From: Eubacteriales bacterium
GTDB lineage: Bacteria; Bacillota; Clostridia; Oscillospirales; CAG-272
NCBI GenBank assembly: GCA_034101145.1
Contig: JAXEKG010000007.1
Location: 17,473 to 81,472 of the forward strand
Reading direction: 5' to 3'
DNA: 64,000 bases
In this document: positions 1-10,486 of the stretch, in pieces
Numbering within the stretch: the first letter of the stretch is position 1
How the letters are laid out: each line of letters opens with the position of its first letter
Notes under the pieces: model-generated
Database searches by the model: none
Seen by the model: the letters and a program-made list of their open reading frames with translations, nothing else
Told to the model about the DNA's origin: nothing
Program-made: the position numbers and the translations under genes

Positions 1-88
1 AAAATCAATTTCATAATTTTCGCAAATATTCGCATTTTCAGCAAAAACACGAAAATATTTTTCACCATTTCGGGAGACGGAGACAGAC

Positions 89-928
89 ATGAACAGAACG
101 TTGCTTCAGGCTCAGCTAATGTACAACGATATGGGCAGAGCGGAAAAGAGAATTGCAGACTATCTGTTTTCACATTCCGGAGAAATACTCCCGTATTCAA
201 TCACGGAGCTTTCGGAGAAATGCAACAGCAGTGAGGCGACCATCGTTCGTTTTTCAAAGAGGCTCGGGTGTAACGGTTATCAGGAGCTGAAAATCGTTCT
301 CGCTCAGGAACTCGAAAAGAAGGTAATAGCGCCCACCATATCGGAAAACGACAGCTGCTATGAGATGTTTGAGAAAGTATGTAACGACGCGTACATGTCT
401 CTTGAGAGAACGAAGAAAACTTTGTCGCCCCAGGAAATGACACGCGCGGCGGACATAATAGGCTCGGCGGGAAAAACCGTTCTGATAGGTTTGGGAAGCT
501 CGGCGACGGTGGCAAGCGAGGCAAGCAATAAATTTTTGCGTGCGGGATGTAATTCCACATCCTATTCCGATACTCACATGCAGACCATCGCGGTTTCGCA
601 ACTCGGACAAGGTGATTGCGTTGTCGGCATATCTCAATCAGGTTCGTCAAAGGACATTGTCGATTCGCTGAAAATCGCTCGGGCACGCGGCGCATCTACA
701 ATCTGCATTACGTCGAAAGAACGCTCCCCGATAACGAGACAGAGCGACGTAGTTCTTCTTACCGACACCGAGGAGACCAGACACAGCAGTCTCGGGCTTA
801 ACTCGCACATATCCAGACTTGTGGTAATAGACGCTCTTTGTTATAAGATAGTATACAGAAATTCCGGCAATCCTATCGGAATAGACGAGGGAGAAGCAGG
901 ACTCAAATCAAAGAGAATAGAAGAATAA
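89..928 (+). CDS. MurR/RpiR family transcriptional regulator (HTH + SIS)
   Basis: N-terminal 'SITELSEKCNSSEATIVRFSKRLGCNGYQELK' HTH; SIS motif 'GISQSGSSKDIV'. Confidence 0.93.
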   Translation: MNRTLLQAQLMYNDMGRAEKRIADYLFSHSGEILPYSITELSEKCNSSEATIVRFSKRLGCNGYQELKIVLAQELEKKVIAPTISENDSCYEMFEKVCNDAYMSLERTKKTLSPQEMTRAADIIGSAGKTVLIGLGSSATVASEASNKFLRAGCNSTSYSDTHMQTIAVSQLGQGDCVVGISQSGSSKDIVDSLKIARARGASTICITSKERSPITRQSDVVLLTDTEETRHSSLGLNSHISRLVVIDALCYKIVYRNSGNPIGIDEGEAGLKSKRIEE

Positions 929-985
929 TGCGGTTATTTCTTAATGATTGTATGGCAAATTAATATATAAAAGCGGAGGAAACGA

Positions 986-2209
986 ATGAAAATACTCGTT
1001 ATCAACGCCGGCAGTTCATCTCTTAAATATCAGTTATTTGATATGGACAACGGCAGGGTGATGGCAAAAGGCAATTGCGAAAGAATCGGCATCGACGGCA
1101 TGGTAAGCTACAAGCGTCCCGACGAAAAAGACGTTAAGTTCGAAAAGGAACTGAAAAACCACAGGGCGGCGATAGAGACGGTCCTTTCACTCCTCACCGA
1201 CAAGGAAATCGGAGTTATCGGAAGCGTCGATGAGATAGACGCTGTCGGACACAGGTTTGCCCATGGCGGCGAAATGCTCAAGGAATCCTCGATACTTACA
1301 AAAGACAAGGTAAAGTATCTTGAAAGCATAGTGGAGCTAAATCCACTGCATGGTCCTCCTGCAATAGACGGACTTCGTGCGTGTGAGGAGGTTATGCCTG
1401 ACGTTACTCACGTCGGAGTGTTCGATACCTCCTATTATTCGACGGTGGGAGAGAGAGCATACATATATCCGATACCGTATGAACTGTACGAAAAGTACAA
1501 AATAAGGCGTTACGGATTCCACGGAACGTCGCACAGGTACGTTGCGGCGAGGGCAGCCGAGATGCTCGGAAAAGACAAAAAAGACCTCAAAATCATAACT
1601 TGCCATCTCGGTAACGGCTCGTCGATAACGGCGACTGACGGCGGCAAGGCCGTCGATACCTCCATGGGCTTTACACCACAGGACGGTGTGCCTATGGGAA
1701 CGAGAAGCGGAAGTCTCGACCCGACGGTCGTTACTTATATAATGAAGAAACTTAATATGTCTGCCGATGAGACGGAAAAGATGCTCAACTCATCCTCCGG
1801 GCTTCTCGGAATATCGGGCGTATCAAGCGATTGCAGAAACATATGCGAAGAGGCTGAAAAGGGAAACGTGAGAGCAAAGCTCGCCCTTGACATTCTTGTA
1901 CATAATATAAAGAAGATAATCGGTTCTTACATAGCCGAGATGAACGGCGTTGACGCTCTGGTCTTTACCGCGGGAATCGGTGAAAACGACGTTTCACTTC
2001 GCTCACGCGTATGTGAAAACATGGATTATCTCGGAATAAAAATCAACTCTTATGTAAACGCAAATGCCGAAAGAGGCAAAGACGTTGACATAAGCGCCGA
2101 GGGAGCGCGCGTGAAAACTCTGGTAATACCGACCAACGAGGAATATATGATAGCTCTCGACACTCAAAATCTTGTAAATAAAAATTCTGAAAGGAAGAAG
2201 CAAATATGA
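986..2209 (+). CDS. ackA: Acetate/propionate kinase
   Basis: 'MKILVINAGSSSLKYQL', 'RRYGFHGTSH', 'CHLGNGSS', 'FTAGIGEN', 'IPTNEE'. Confidence 0.97.
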   Translation: MKILVINAGSSSLKYQLFDMDNGRVMAKGNCERIGIDGMVSYKRPDEKDVKFEKELKNHRAAIETVLSLLTDKEIGVIGSVDEIDAVGHRFAHGGEMLKESSILTKDKVKYLESIVELNPLHGPPAIDGLRACEEVMPDVTHVGVFDTSYYSTVGERAYIYPIPYELYEKYKIRRYGFHGTSHRYVAARAAEMLGKDKKDLKIITCHLGNGSSITATDGGKAVDTSMGFTPQDGVPMGTRSGSLDPTVVTYIMKKLNMSADETEKMLNSSSGLLGISGVSSDCRNICEEAEKGNVRAKLALDILVHNIKKIIGSYIAEMNGVDALVFTAGIGENDVSLRSRVCENMDYLGIKINSYVNANAERGKDVDISAEGARVKTLVIPTNEEYMIALDTQNLVNKNSERKKQI

Positions 2210-2958
2210 AATCTCCATTTGAAATCAAAAAAGAAATCTGCGAAGTAGGCCATAAAATCTACGCAAAGGGTTTTGTTGCCGCAAATGACGGTAACATTTC
2301 CGTAAAAGTAAACGACCATGAATTTTACTGCACTCCTACCGGTGTATCCAAGGGTGCGCTCACTCCGGATATGATAATCAAGGTAGACCAGAACGGTAAC
2401 AAGCTCGAAGGAAAACTCAATCCTTCATCCGAAATCAAAATGCACATGAGAGTTTATCGCGAGAGACCCGACGTTAACGCCGTAGTTCACGCTCATCCTC
2501 CCATAGCTACCGCTTTCACGGTTGCGGGAATCGCTCTGGACCAGTACATTCTTCCCGAGGCTGTCCTTACTATCGGAGAAGTTCCCACATGTAAATACGG
2601 AACTCCCTCTACCATGGAGATACCGGATTCACTTGAACCCTATATCCAGAATCACGACGCATTCCTTCTCGAGAACCACGGTGCTCTTACCGTAGGATGC
2701 AACCTTACCAAAGCATTCTTCGTTATGGAAGAGGTTGAATTCAACGCAAAGATATGCAAGTATGCAATGGAACTCGGCGCCGTTCACGAGATACCTAACG
2801 AGCAGCTCAAGAAGCTGATGGAGCTCAGAAAGAAAATGCACATACCCGGACGTCACCCCGGCATCGAGCTTGAAGAAGAAACTCCCTGTAATTGCACAGG
2901 CAACGAGGCACTTATAGCCGAAATAACCAAAAAGGTGCTCGCGCAGCTTGGTAAATGA
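2206..2958 (+). CDS. Class II aldolase (fuculose/rhamnulose-1-phosphate aldolase-like) with C-terminal encapsulation peptide
   Basis: 'DGNIS', 'PSSEIKMH', 'VVHAHP', 'LLENHG'; C-terminal amphipathic helix 'EALIAEITKKVLAQL'. Confidence 0.92.
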   Translation: MKSPFEIKKEICEVGHKIYAKGFVAANDGNISVKVNDHEFYCTPTGVSKGALTPDMIIKVDQNGNKLEGKLNPSSEIKMHMRVYRERPDVNAVVHAHPPIATAFTVAGIALDQYILPEAVLTIGEVPTCKYGTPSTMEIPDSLEPYIQNHDAFLLENHGALTVGCNLTKAFFVMEEVEFNAKICKYAMELGAVHEIPNEQLKKLMELRKKMHIPGRHPGIELEEETPCNCTGNEALIAEITKKVLAQLGK

Positions 2959-3029
2959 TATTTTCCTTCGGCGAAATGCGCAAAGACAAATAATTCAGCG
3001 CTCGCACGGAAAAGACGAAAGGAGTTTGT

Positions 3030-4514
3030 ATGGCAATTAACTGGACAGAGGCACAGATAGAGGAGGTCGTAGCTTCGGTTATTAAGAACCTCAAGGGTGC
3101 CGACGTTGCGAAAAACAATGTTCAAAATTCCGATAATTGCGGAAAGGCATGGGACGCAACTCAATATTGCGGACGTAAATTCATCGGAATATTCGATAAA
3201 ATGGAAGATGCAATAGACGCCGCGCGCACAGGATATAAGGCAGTACGCGCAATGTCTCTTGCGGAAAGAGAAAAGATAATTACGGCGATAAGAAAGCTCT
3301 GTCGCGAAGAGGCATCCGTTATGGCAGCCCTCGGCGTCGGAGAGACGAAGATGGGACGTGTCGAGCATAAGACCGCAAAGCATATACTCGTTGCAGACAA
3401 GACGCCCGGAACGTCGGATATCGTATCGCAGGTTAAAACGGGTGACGACGGACTCACTCTTACGGAAATGGCTCCGTTCGGAGTTGTCGGAAGCATAACT
3501 CCGAGTACCAATCCTTCTGAAACCGTTATATGCAACAGCATCGGTATGATAGCTGCCGGAAACGGAGTCGTATTCAATCCGCATCCGAATGCGATAGCCA
3601 CCTCCAACTACGCGGTAGACCTCGTTAACCGCGCCAGCGCAATGGCGGGCGGGCCGAAAATCCTCGTTGCATCGGTGGTTAAACCCACTCTCGATACGGC
3701 AAACGTAATGTATAAGCACCCGGATATAAGACTTCTCGTATGTACGGGCGGTCCCGGGGTTGTAAAGAGCGTTCTTTCAAGCGGAAAGAAGGCAATCGGC
3801 GCAGGTGCGGGAAATCCCCCCGTAATTGTCGATGATACCGCCGATATAGCAAAAGCGGCGAAGGATATAATCGACGGTTGTTCCTTTGATAACAACCTCC
3901 CCTGCATTGCGGAAAAAGAGGTATTTGCCTTTTCGAATATAGCCGACGAGCTTATCGCCGGAATGAAGAGACACGGCGCATATCAGATAACCAAGCAGCA
4001 GGCAGACGCACTTGCCGATATAGTTCTCGTTGAGAAAAAAGACCCCAAGACAGGCATAATCAAGAAGATAATCAACCGTGAGTGCGTCGGAAGAGACGCG
4101 GCGGTTCTCCTTGACAAGATAGGTATAAAGGTAGGACCCGAAGTAAGGTGTATCATATGTGAGGCTCCATTCGAGCATCCGTTTGTTCAGACCGAGCTTA
4201 TGATGCCGATACTCCCGATAGTGCGTGTTCCCAACATTGACACCGCCATAGATATGGCTGTTAAGGCAGAACACGGATGCCGCCACACGGCACATATGCA
4301 TTCGAAAAATATCGACAACCTCACGCGTTTTGCAAGAGCCGTTGAGACTACCATATTCGTAAAGAATGCACCGTCGTATGCAGGCATAGGTTTCGGCGGA
4401 GAGGGACACACCACCTTCACGATAGCAGGTCCTACAGGAGAGGGTCTTACCAGTGCCAAGAGCTTTACCAGGCTCCGCAGATGCGTTATGGTAGACAACT
4501 TCCGTATTATCTGA
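3030..4514 (+). CDS. CoA-acylating aldehyde dehydrogenase (PduP/EutE family)
   Basis: 'PSTNP', 'TGGPGVV', 'GAGAGNPP', 'DNNLPCIAEKE', 'TFTIAGPTGEG'; N-terminal peptide 'EAQIEEVVASVIKNL'. Confidence 0.95.
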   Translation: MAINWTEAQIEEVVASVIKNLKGADVAKNNVQNSDNCGKAWDATQYCGRKFIGIFDKMEDAIDAARTGYKAVRAMSLAEREKIITAIRKLCREEASVMAALGVGETKMGRVEHKTAKHILVADKTPGTSDIVSQVKTGDDGLTLTEMAPFGVVGSITPSTNPSETVICNSIGMIAAGNGVVFNPHPNAIATSNYAVDLVNRASAMAGGPKILVASVVKPTLDTANVMYKHPDIRLLVCTGGPGVVKSVLSSGKKAIGAGAGNPPVIVDDTADIAKAAKDIIDGCSFDNNLPCIAEKEVFAFSNIADELIAGMKRHGAYQITKQQADALADIVLVEKKDPKTGIIKKIINRECVGRDAAVLLDKIGIKVGPEVRCIICEAPFEHPFVQTELMMPILPIVRVPNIDTAIDMAVKAEHGCRHTAHMHSKNIDNLTRFARAVETTIFVKNAPSYAGIGFGGEGHTTFTIAGPTGEGLTSAKSFTRLRRCVMVDNFRII

Positions 4515-4553
4515 TTTCAAATGTTTACCGAAAGTATAAAAAAGGAGAAAAAC

Positions 4554-5756
4554 ATGGATATAAATTCAACTCAGGTTGAGAGCATTGTCCGCAGGATTCT
4601 GGGAGAGATGAGTAATTCTGTTTCTTCGACATCGAACGCAGAGATTCCCAAAAAAGGCAAAGTGGCAATGCTCACCGGAACAAGAAAAATCGAAGTAAAA
4701 GAATTCGACATTCCGACTCTTGAAGACAACGACATCCTCGTTAAGGTTGAGGGATGCGGAGTATGCGGAACAGACGTTCATGAGTGGAAGGGCGACCCGT
4801 TCGGAATCGTCCCTGTCACTCTCGGTCATGAAGGCACGGGCGAGATAATCGCTCTCGGAAAAAATATAAAGTGCGATACGGCCGGAAACCCGATAAAGGT
4901 CGGAGATAAGATAGTAACGAGCGTTATCAGCTGCGGAGAGTGTCAGATTTGCAGAAATCATCCCGCAAACACCAATCTATGCGACAAGCAGGGAGTATTC
5001 GGGCTTATACCGCACAATCCCGAACAACCGTTCACGGGTTGGTTCTCTACACATATTCTTATCAGAGGTAAGGGGGCTACGTATTTCGTAGTCAATGACC
5101 TCGACCTTCAGGAGAGAATGCTGCTCGAGCTGTCATGCGTATGCGTACATGCGCTCAAGAGGGCAAATACAACCGGACTTATCAACTTCAATTCGAAGGT
5201 TGTAATTCAGGGGCTTGGGCCTGTCGGACTCGTTATGATAAGCGTACTCAGAGCCGCAGGAATAAATCACATTATCGCAATAGACGGAACGCCCAGACGT
5301 CTTGAAATGGCAAAGAAGCTCGGTGCAAAGACCATAATAAACTTCAAGGAAATACCGACGCTCGAAGAGAGAGTAAAGGTTGTCAAGGGAGTTACCATGG
5401 GCATCGGCGCCGACTTTGCATTCCAGTGCACCGGCGCACCTGCTGCGGCAAAGGATATTTACGAATACATCCGTCGCGGTGGCGGAATGTGCGAGATGGG
5501 ATTTTTCGTAAATAACGGAGAATATACCGTAAACCCCCATTTTGCCATGTGCAACAAGGAAATAAACATTGTAGGCTCGTGGGATTACAGTGCGGATGAT
5601 TATCCGACGACAATGGCGTTTTTACGTCAGGCACGTGAGATGAACATTCCGATAAAGGAGCTTATTACTCACAATTTCCCCCTCGACAAACTCAATGAAG
5701 CTATGGAAGTCAACGTAAAGCAAGAGGGTATTAAAATCTGCTACGTTGCGGAATAA
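4554..5756 (+). CDS. Zn-dependent alcohol dehydrogenase (MDR family) with N-terminal encapsulation peptide
   Basis: 'GVCGTD', 'GHEGTG', 'CGECQIC', 'GLGPVG'; start placed at ATG after AAGGAG RBS. Confidence 0.92.
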   Translation: MDINSTQVESIVRRILGEMSNSVSSTSNAEIPKKGKVAMLTGTRKIEVKEFDIPTLEDNDILVKVEGCGVCGTDVHEWKGDPFGIVPVTLGHEGTGEIIALGKNIKCDTAGNPIKVGDKIVTSVISCGECQICRNHPANTNLCDKQGVFGLIPHNPEQPFTGWFSTHILIRGKGATYFVVNDLDLQERMLLELSCVCVHALKRANTTGLINFNSKVVIQGLGPVGLVMISVLRAAGINHIIAIDGTPRRLEMAKKLGAKTIINFKEIPTLEERVKVVKGVTMGIGADFAFQCTGAPAAAKDIYEYIRRGGGMCEMGFFVNNGEYTVNPHFAMCNKEINIVGSWDYSADDYPTTMAFLRQAREMNIPIKELITHNFPLDKLNEAMEVNVKQEGIKICYVAE

Positions 5757-5765
5757 GGAGACAGA

Positions 5766-6083
5766 ATGGCTCTCGGAATGATAGAGGTTTTCGGCTTTAC
5801 CACATCGATAGTCGTATCTGACAGAATGGCTAAGGCTGCAAACGTTGAGATAGTAGCAATCGACAAAAACAAACCTGCGGCAGGCGACAGTGCCGAGGTG
5901 CCGCTCGTTATGGCGATAAAGGTTGAGGGCGACGCCGCGTCCGTTGAGGCGGCAATCGAAGCAGGTAAAGAGGAAGCAGAAAAGCGCGGACTTTATATCA
6001 CTCACAAGATAATAGCAAGACAGTCGGATGACGTAGAATGGTTCGCTCGTCTGAATGCTCTGGGCCGTGACAAGCTAAGATAA
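5766..6083 (+). CDS. BMC-H shell protein (divergent)
   Basis: 'ALGMIEVFGFTTSIVVSDRMAKAANV', 'EGDAASVEAAIEAG'. Confidence 0.88.
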   Translation: MALGMIEVFGFTTSIVVSDRMAKAANVEIVAIDKNKPAAGDSAEVPLVMAIKVEGDAASVEAAIEAGKEEAEKRGLYITHKIIARQSDDVEWFARLNALGRDKLR

Positions 6084-6164
6084 TAAAGGCGAAAACCAAA
6101 CGGTATTTTACTCAATTATGGATTTTAATTAAAATAATTTATGTAACTTAAGGAGAATAAAACA

Positions 6165-6440
6165 ATGATGGAAGCACTCGGAATGGTAGAAACCAGAGGA
6201 CTTGTAGCTGCAATCGAGGCAGCAGATGCAATGGTAAAGGCGGCAAACGTCGTTCTTATCGGCAGCGAGAAAATCGGTTCCGGACTCGTAAGCGTTATGG
6301 TACGCGGTGACGTCGGAGCGGTAAAAGCAGCAGTAGAGGCAGGCAGCGCAGCTGCTACGGCTCTCGGCGAAGTTATCGCAACTCACGTTATTCCCCGTCC
6401 TCACGCTGACGTTGAGAAGCTCCTCCCCACTATTAAATAA
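6165..6440 (+). CDS. BMC-H shell protein, PduA/EutM type (copy 1)
   Basis: '[27 protein letters not shown]...VIPRPH'. Confidence 0.96.
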   Translation: MMEALGMVETRGLVAAIEAADAMVKAANVVLIGSEKIGSGLVSVMVRGDVGAVKAAVEAGSAAATALGEVIATHVIPRPHADVEKLLPTIK

Positions 6441-6533
6441 CTAAATGTCTTGGGGAATTGCGTGAGTGGGGAATATGACAAGCATTTTCCGCACCCGCAA
6501 AACGCTGTAAATCACAAAAAAGGATACAAGTAA

Positions 6534-6806
6534 ATGAATGCAATAGCATTACTTGAAGTTCAGGCTCTCGTTGCCGCTATCACGGGGCTTGACGCTATGC
6601 TCAAAGCGGCAGACGTAAAGCTGATTCACGTTGAGAAACGACTCGGCGGCAGACTCGTTACGGTGGTTGTCCAGGGAGAGGTTTCCGCTGTTGAAGCGGC
6701 GGCACGTGCAGGAGCGGCGGCAGCAGCCGAAGTAGGGAAGGTAAAGCTCTGCGAGGTGATAGCACGCCCTCATCCCGAGGTAATGAAATTTTTAACCACG
6801 GGCTGA
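6534..6806 (+). CDS. BMC-H shell protein
   Basis: 'DAMLKAADV', 'GEVSAVEAA', 'VIARPH'. Confidence 0.92.
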   Translation: MNAIALLEVQALVAAITGLDAMLKAADVKLIHVEKRLGGRLVTVVVQGEVSAVEAAARAGAAAAAEVGKVKLCEVIARPHPEVMKFLTTG

Positions 6807-6899
6807 TTTCGGTTTTCTTGGGGATATAAAATCCCTTGAAAATACATATAAGAAAAATCAAATTATTAAAGTTAACAAAATCTCAGGAGGATTTTAACA

Positions 6900-7172
6900 A
6901 TGGAAGCACTCGGAATGGTAGAAACCAGAGGACTCGTAGCTGCAATTGAAGCAGCAGATGCAATGGTAAAGGCGGCAAACGTCGTTCTTATCGGCAGCGA
7001 GAAAATCGGTTCCGGACTCGTAAGCGTTATGGTACGCGGTGATGTCGGAGCGGTAAAAGCAGCAGTAGAGGCAGGCAGCGCAGCTGCTACGGCTCTCGGC
7101 GAAGTTATCGCAACTCACGTTATTCCCCGTCCTCACGCTGACGTTGAGAAGCTCCTTCCCACTATTAAATAA
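6900..7172 (+). CDS. BMC-H shell protein, PduA/EutM type (copy 2, protein identical to copy 1)
   Basis: Same translation as 6168-6440. Confidence 0.96.
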   Translation: MEALGMVETRGLVAAIEAADAMVKAANVVLIGSEKIGSGLVSVMVRGDVGAVKAAVEAGSAAATALGEVIATHVIPRPHADVEKLLPTIK

Positions 7173-7430
7173 TATAATAAGTAAGGAAGAAGCTCGGTAT
7201 TCAAAGGGTAAAATACCCTTTGGGTACCGCAAAGGGGTCAAAGGCCGAGCCTTTTCAAACAAATTTTGCCTTAGGTCTCTTTGCGGTATGCTTTTCATCT
7301 TATTCGACAAATCGGTTATTGAAAGAGCAAAAACAGGATAAAAAGCGATATTGATTACCAACTATAAAAACAGATAGGTTTTGTATTTTATAAAGCTATT
7401 GAGATATGCAAAGCCATGAAAGGGAAAGAT

Positions 7431-8111
7431 ATGGATTATACGAGTGAGCAGGTAGCAAAAGCGGTTGAGGCGGTCCTCTCGCAGATGTACGGAGAATGCA
7501 AAACGGACCGTAAAGACTCAGACGTGCCGGTCGGAATATCAAACAGACATATACATCTGACACATAACGACGTTGAAGTTTTGTTCGGAGAAGGGCACAA
7601 GCTCACACCGAAAAAAGAACTTTCTCAACCCGGACAGTATGCCTGCGAGGAAGTAGTTACCCTGGTGGGACCATCTCTTCATTCTATTGAAAACGTTCGT
7701 GTCCTTGGACCCGAAAGAAGCAAAACACAGGTTGAAATCTCGGTTACAGATTCATATACTCTCAAGGTAAAGCCCCCTGTAAGGGAATCGGGAAACATTG
7801 CCGGCTCTGCCGGAATAACGATTGTCGGTCCGTGCGGAGTTATCCGTATATCGGAGGGATGTATAATAGCAAACAGGCACATACATATGTCACCGAGCGA
7901 TGCGAGAAGCTTCGGTGTGAACGACGGCGACATCGTGGCTGTCGACGTTATCGGCGAGGGCAACGTGAAGAGGACCAGATGGTACGGAGTAAAGGTGAGA
8001 GTAAATCCCGACTTCCGTCTTGAAATGCACGTTGATACCGATGACGCAAACGCCGTCGGAATCAAAAACGGATTCAGGGTGAAATTGATAAAGGAGAACG
8101 AGAATGCTTAA
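7431..8111 (+). CDS. pduL: Phosphate propanoyltransferase PduL
   Basis: 'GISNRHIHL', 'LSQPGQYA', 'RVLGP', 'RHIHM', 'EMHVDTDDANA'; start may be 7416. Confidence 0.94.
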   Translation: MDYTSEQVAKAVEAVLSQMYGECKTDRKDSDVPVGISNRHIHLTHNDVEVLFGEGHKLTPKKELSQPGQYACEEVVTLVGPSLHSIENVRVLGPERSKTQVEISVTDSYTLKVKPPVRESGNIAGSAGITIVGPCGVIRISEGCIIANRHIHMSPSDARSFGVNDGDIVAVDVIGEGNVKRTRWYGVKVRVNPDFRLEMHVDTDDANAVGIKNGFRVKLIKENENA

Positions 8112-8352
8112 AGGAAAAATCATAGGAAACGTTGTTTCCACAAGAAAGCAGGAATCTCTTGTCGGAAGCAAGTTTATGGAAGTTCAGATTATCGAAAACG
8201 GTAAGCTCACGGATAAATTTATAATAGCGATAGACAGCGTAGGCGCAGGTATAGGCGAAACCGTGCTCATAACCGTGGGAAGCCCGGCAAGACTCGCTCT
8301 GCATAATCAGAGTGCACCGGCAGATGCGGTTATCGTAGGTATTGTTGACTGA
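8104..8352 (+). CDS. BMC-P vertex protein (EutN/CcmL family)
   Basis: 'GNVVSTRK', 'AIDSVGAGIGETVL', 'DAVIVGIVD'. Confidence 0.95.
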   Translation: MLKGKIIGNVVSTRKQESLVGSKFMEVQIIENGKLTDKFIIAIDSVGAGIGETVLITVGSPARLALHNQSAPADAVIVGIVD

Positions 8353-8437
8353 TATATATTCGGCAGACTATATCCGAAGAGAAACTCTCGGGATTTCCGA
8401 CTGTCGATAAGTAAAACGAAAAAGAGGCAAAATCACT

Positions 8438-9748
8438 ATGGAACTTAAAGAGATAATGAAAGATGCGGGCATCGTCGGTGCCGGAGGAGCAGGATTTCCG
8501 TCTTATGCAAAGCTTGCAGAGGGAGCTGATACGCTCGTAATAAACGGAGCCGAATGCGAACCTCTTCTTTATATAGATTACATAATACTCAGAGATGAGC
8601 TCTCATACGTTCTGCGCGGTATCGGAGCGGTACTTGAATATGCTAAAATAGGCAGAGCACTTCTTTGCGTTAAACAGCATACCGCCGAGAGGCTCGGATA
8701 TGAGGACGGGCAGCTTTTAGCCGATAGAATTTGTGTAAAGATTCTTCCTAACGTTTATCCTATGGGTGATGAAATAAGCCTGATATATCAGGCAACGGGC
8801 AGGGTCGTGCGTGCAGGAAATCTGCCGATAACTGCAGGCGTCATAGTTTATAACGTAGAGACTATGTACAACGTGGCAAAAGCCATAGACGGTGAGAAGC
8901 TCACGATGAAGTGGCTGATGATTGGCGGAGACGTCAAAAAGCCAATAACGATGAGGGTGCCGATAGGAACGAGGATATCCGACCTTTTTAAGAAGTACGG
9001 TGTTTCGGTTAAAGACGGCGAGAGCGTGCTTGACGGAGGCCCGGCAATGGGACGGCTGATAAATCCCGCAACCGCGGTAGTCACAAAGACGACAAAGAGC
9101 ATACTTATTCTCCCGGACAATATACCTGCGATAGAAACGAAAAAGATGGATTATTCAAAGGCAACCGCGAGGGCGGAGACGGCATGCTGTCAGTGTACCA
9201 GATGTACCGATATGTGTCCCAGAGCCCTGCTCGGTTATCCTCTTGAACCGCACAAAATGGTGCGTACCGCAAAGAGTGCGGCAGAGGTTATGCCGGAGAT
9301 GGTAAAGACCGCTACCCTGTGTTGCGGATGCGGTATTTGCGAGACTATCGCATGTTGCCAGGACATATCTCCGAAGGCGGTTATAGCCAACTATAAATTA
9401 TTGCTTGCAAAGAACAAAATGAGATATTCAACAACGGAAGAGAGCGTTGTATCGGACGAGCGTGAATACAGAATGGTACAGTCCGAAAAATGGGAAAGTG
9501 TCCTGGGAGTTGCGAAATTCGATAAGGTAGCCGAATATATAGGCGAGGACAGAGATTTTTCCCAACTTGAGATGAAACTATCGCAGCACATAGGTGCGCC
9601 GTCCGTTGCGGTTGTATCGGCAGGGGACAGTGTAAAAGAGGGCGACATGATAGCACGTGCATCCGACGGTCTCTCCCTCCCACTATATGCGCCGATGGAC
9701 GCAAAGGTAATGGCGGTTGATGACAAGACGATAGTACTTTCAAAATAA
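8438..9748 (+). CDS. PduS/RnfC-like Fe-S flavoprotein
   Basis: 'GIVGAGGAGFP', 'NGAECEP', 'GGPAMG', two Cys clusters, 'QHIGAP'. Confidence 0.9.
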   Translation: MELKEIMKDAGIVGAGGAGFPSYAKLAEGADTLVINGAECEPLLYIDYIILRDELSYVLRGIGAVLEYAKIGRALLCVKQHTAERLGYEDGQLLADRICVKILPNVYPMGDEISLIYQATGRVVRAGNLPITAGVIVYNVETMYNVAKAIDGEKLTMKWLMIGGDVKKPITMRVPIGTRISDLFKKYGVSVKDGESVLDGGPAMGRLINPATAVVTKTTKSILILPDNIPAIETKKMDYSKATARAETACCQCTRCTDMCPRALLGYPLEPHKMVRTAKSAAEVMPEMVKTATLCCGCGICETIACCQDISPKAVIANYKLLLAKNKMRYSTTEESVVSDEREYRMVQSEKWESVLGVAKFDKVAEYIGEDRDFSQLEMKLSQHIGAPSVAVVSAGDSVKEGDMIARASDGLSLPLYAPMDAKVMAVDDKTIVLSK

Positions 9749-9872
9749 TTTGATTACGACGCAAGCAAAGGTAATATCGGTTAACAGTGTTTTAATATTG
9801 ATTTCATCTCTCTGATTTTCAGAGGATAAAATATAATAGCAAACGTAAAATCGTATCAGGTAGGTAGAAAAG

Positions 9873-10418
9873 ATGTTTAGTGCAGTAGGAATAATAGAAC
9901 TCAAAAGCATAGCAAAGGGTGTTGAGGCTACCGATGCCGCCCTCAAAAGCGCAGGTGTACGTATGGTATCGGCACATCCGGCATGCCCCGGAAAATACGA
10001 AATAATAATAGAGGGCTCGATATCGAACGTCACTTCGTCAATCGAGCACGTCAAGGGCAGATTTGAGCACTACATAATCGACTCGTCGATAATGGGAAGA
10101 ATAGACGAAAACGTTATTAAGGCGCTTTTCGGAACGGAAACAACCGCAAAAAAAGGTTCGCTCGGAATTATTGAAACGTTCTCGGCGGCGAGTGCGATAA
10201 AGGCTGCCGATATCGCCGTTAAGACCTCACGCGTCGAAATATACGATATGCGTGTATCGAGAGGTATGGGAGGCAAGGGTATAGTATTTCTTACGGGAGA
10301 GGTAGGGGACGTTACCGCTGCCGTTGAAGCCGGCGCAAATTATGCAAAGAGAGAGGCGATGCTCTCATCTTATTCTGTTATCGCAGCACCTCACGAAGAG
10401 CTTTGGGAACAGTTGTAA
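9873..10418 (+). CDS. BMC-T shell protein, PduT-like
   Basis: Tandem BMC domains; 'CPGKY' motif. Confidence 0.92.
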   Translation: MFSAVGIIELKSIAKGVEATDAALKSAGVRMVSAHPACPGKYEIIIEGSISNVTSSIEHVKGRFEHYIIDSSIMGRIDENVIKALFGTETTAKKGSLGIIETFSAASAIKAADIAVKTSRVEIYDMRVSRGMGGKGIVFLTGEVGDVTAAVEAGANYAKREAMLSSYSVIAAPHEELWEQL

Positions 10419-10486
10419 TATACGTTATTGCGTATTGTATTTTGATTTTTCACCTTAAGATATTTTAATTCTATTTGGAGATGAAT

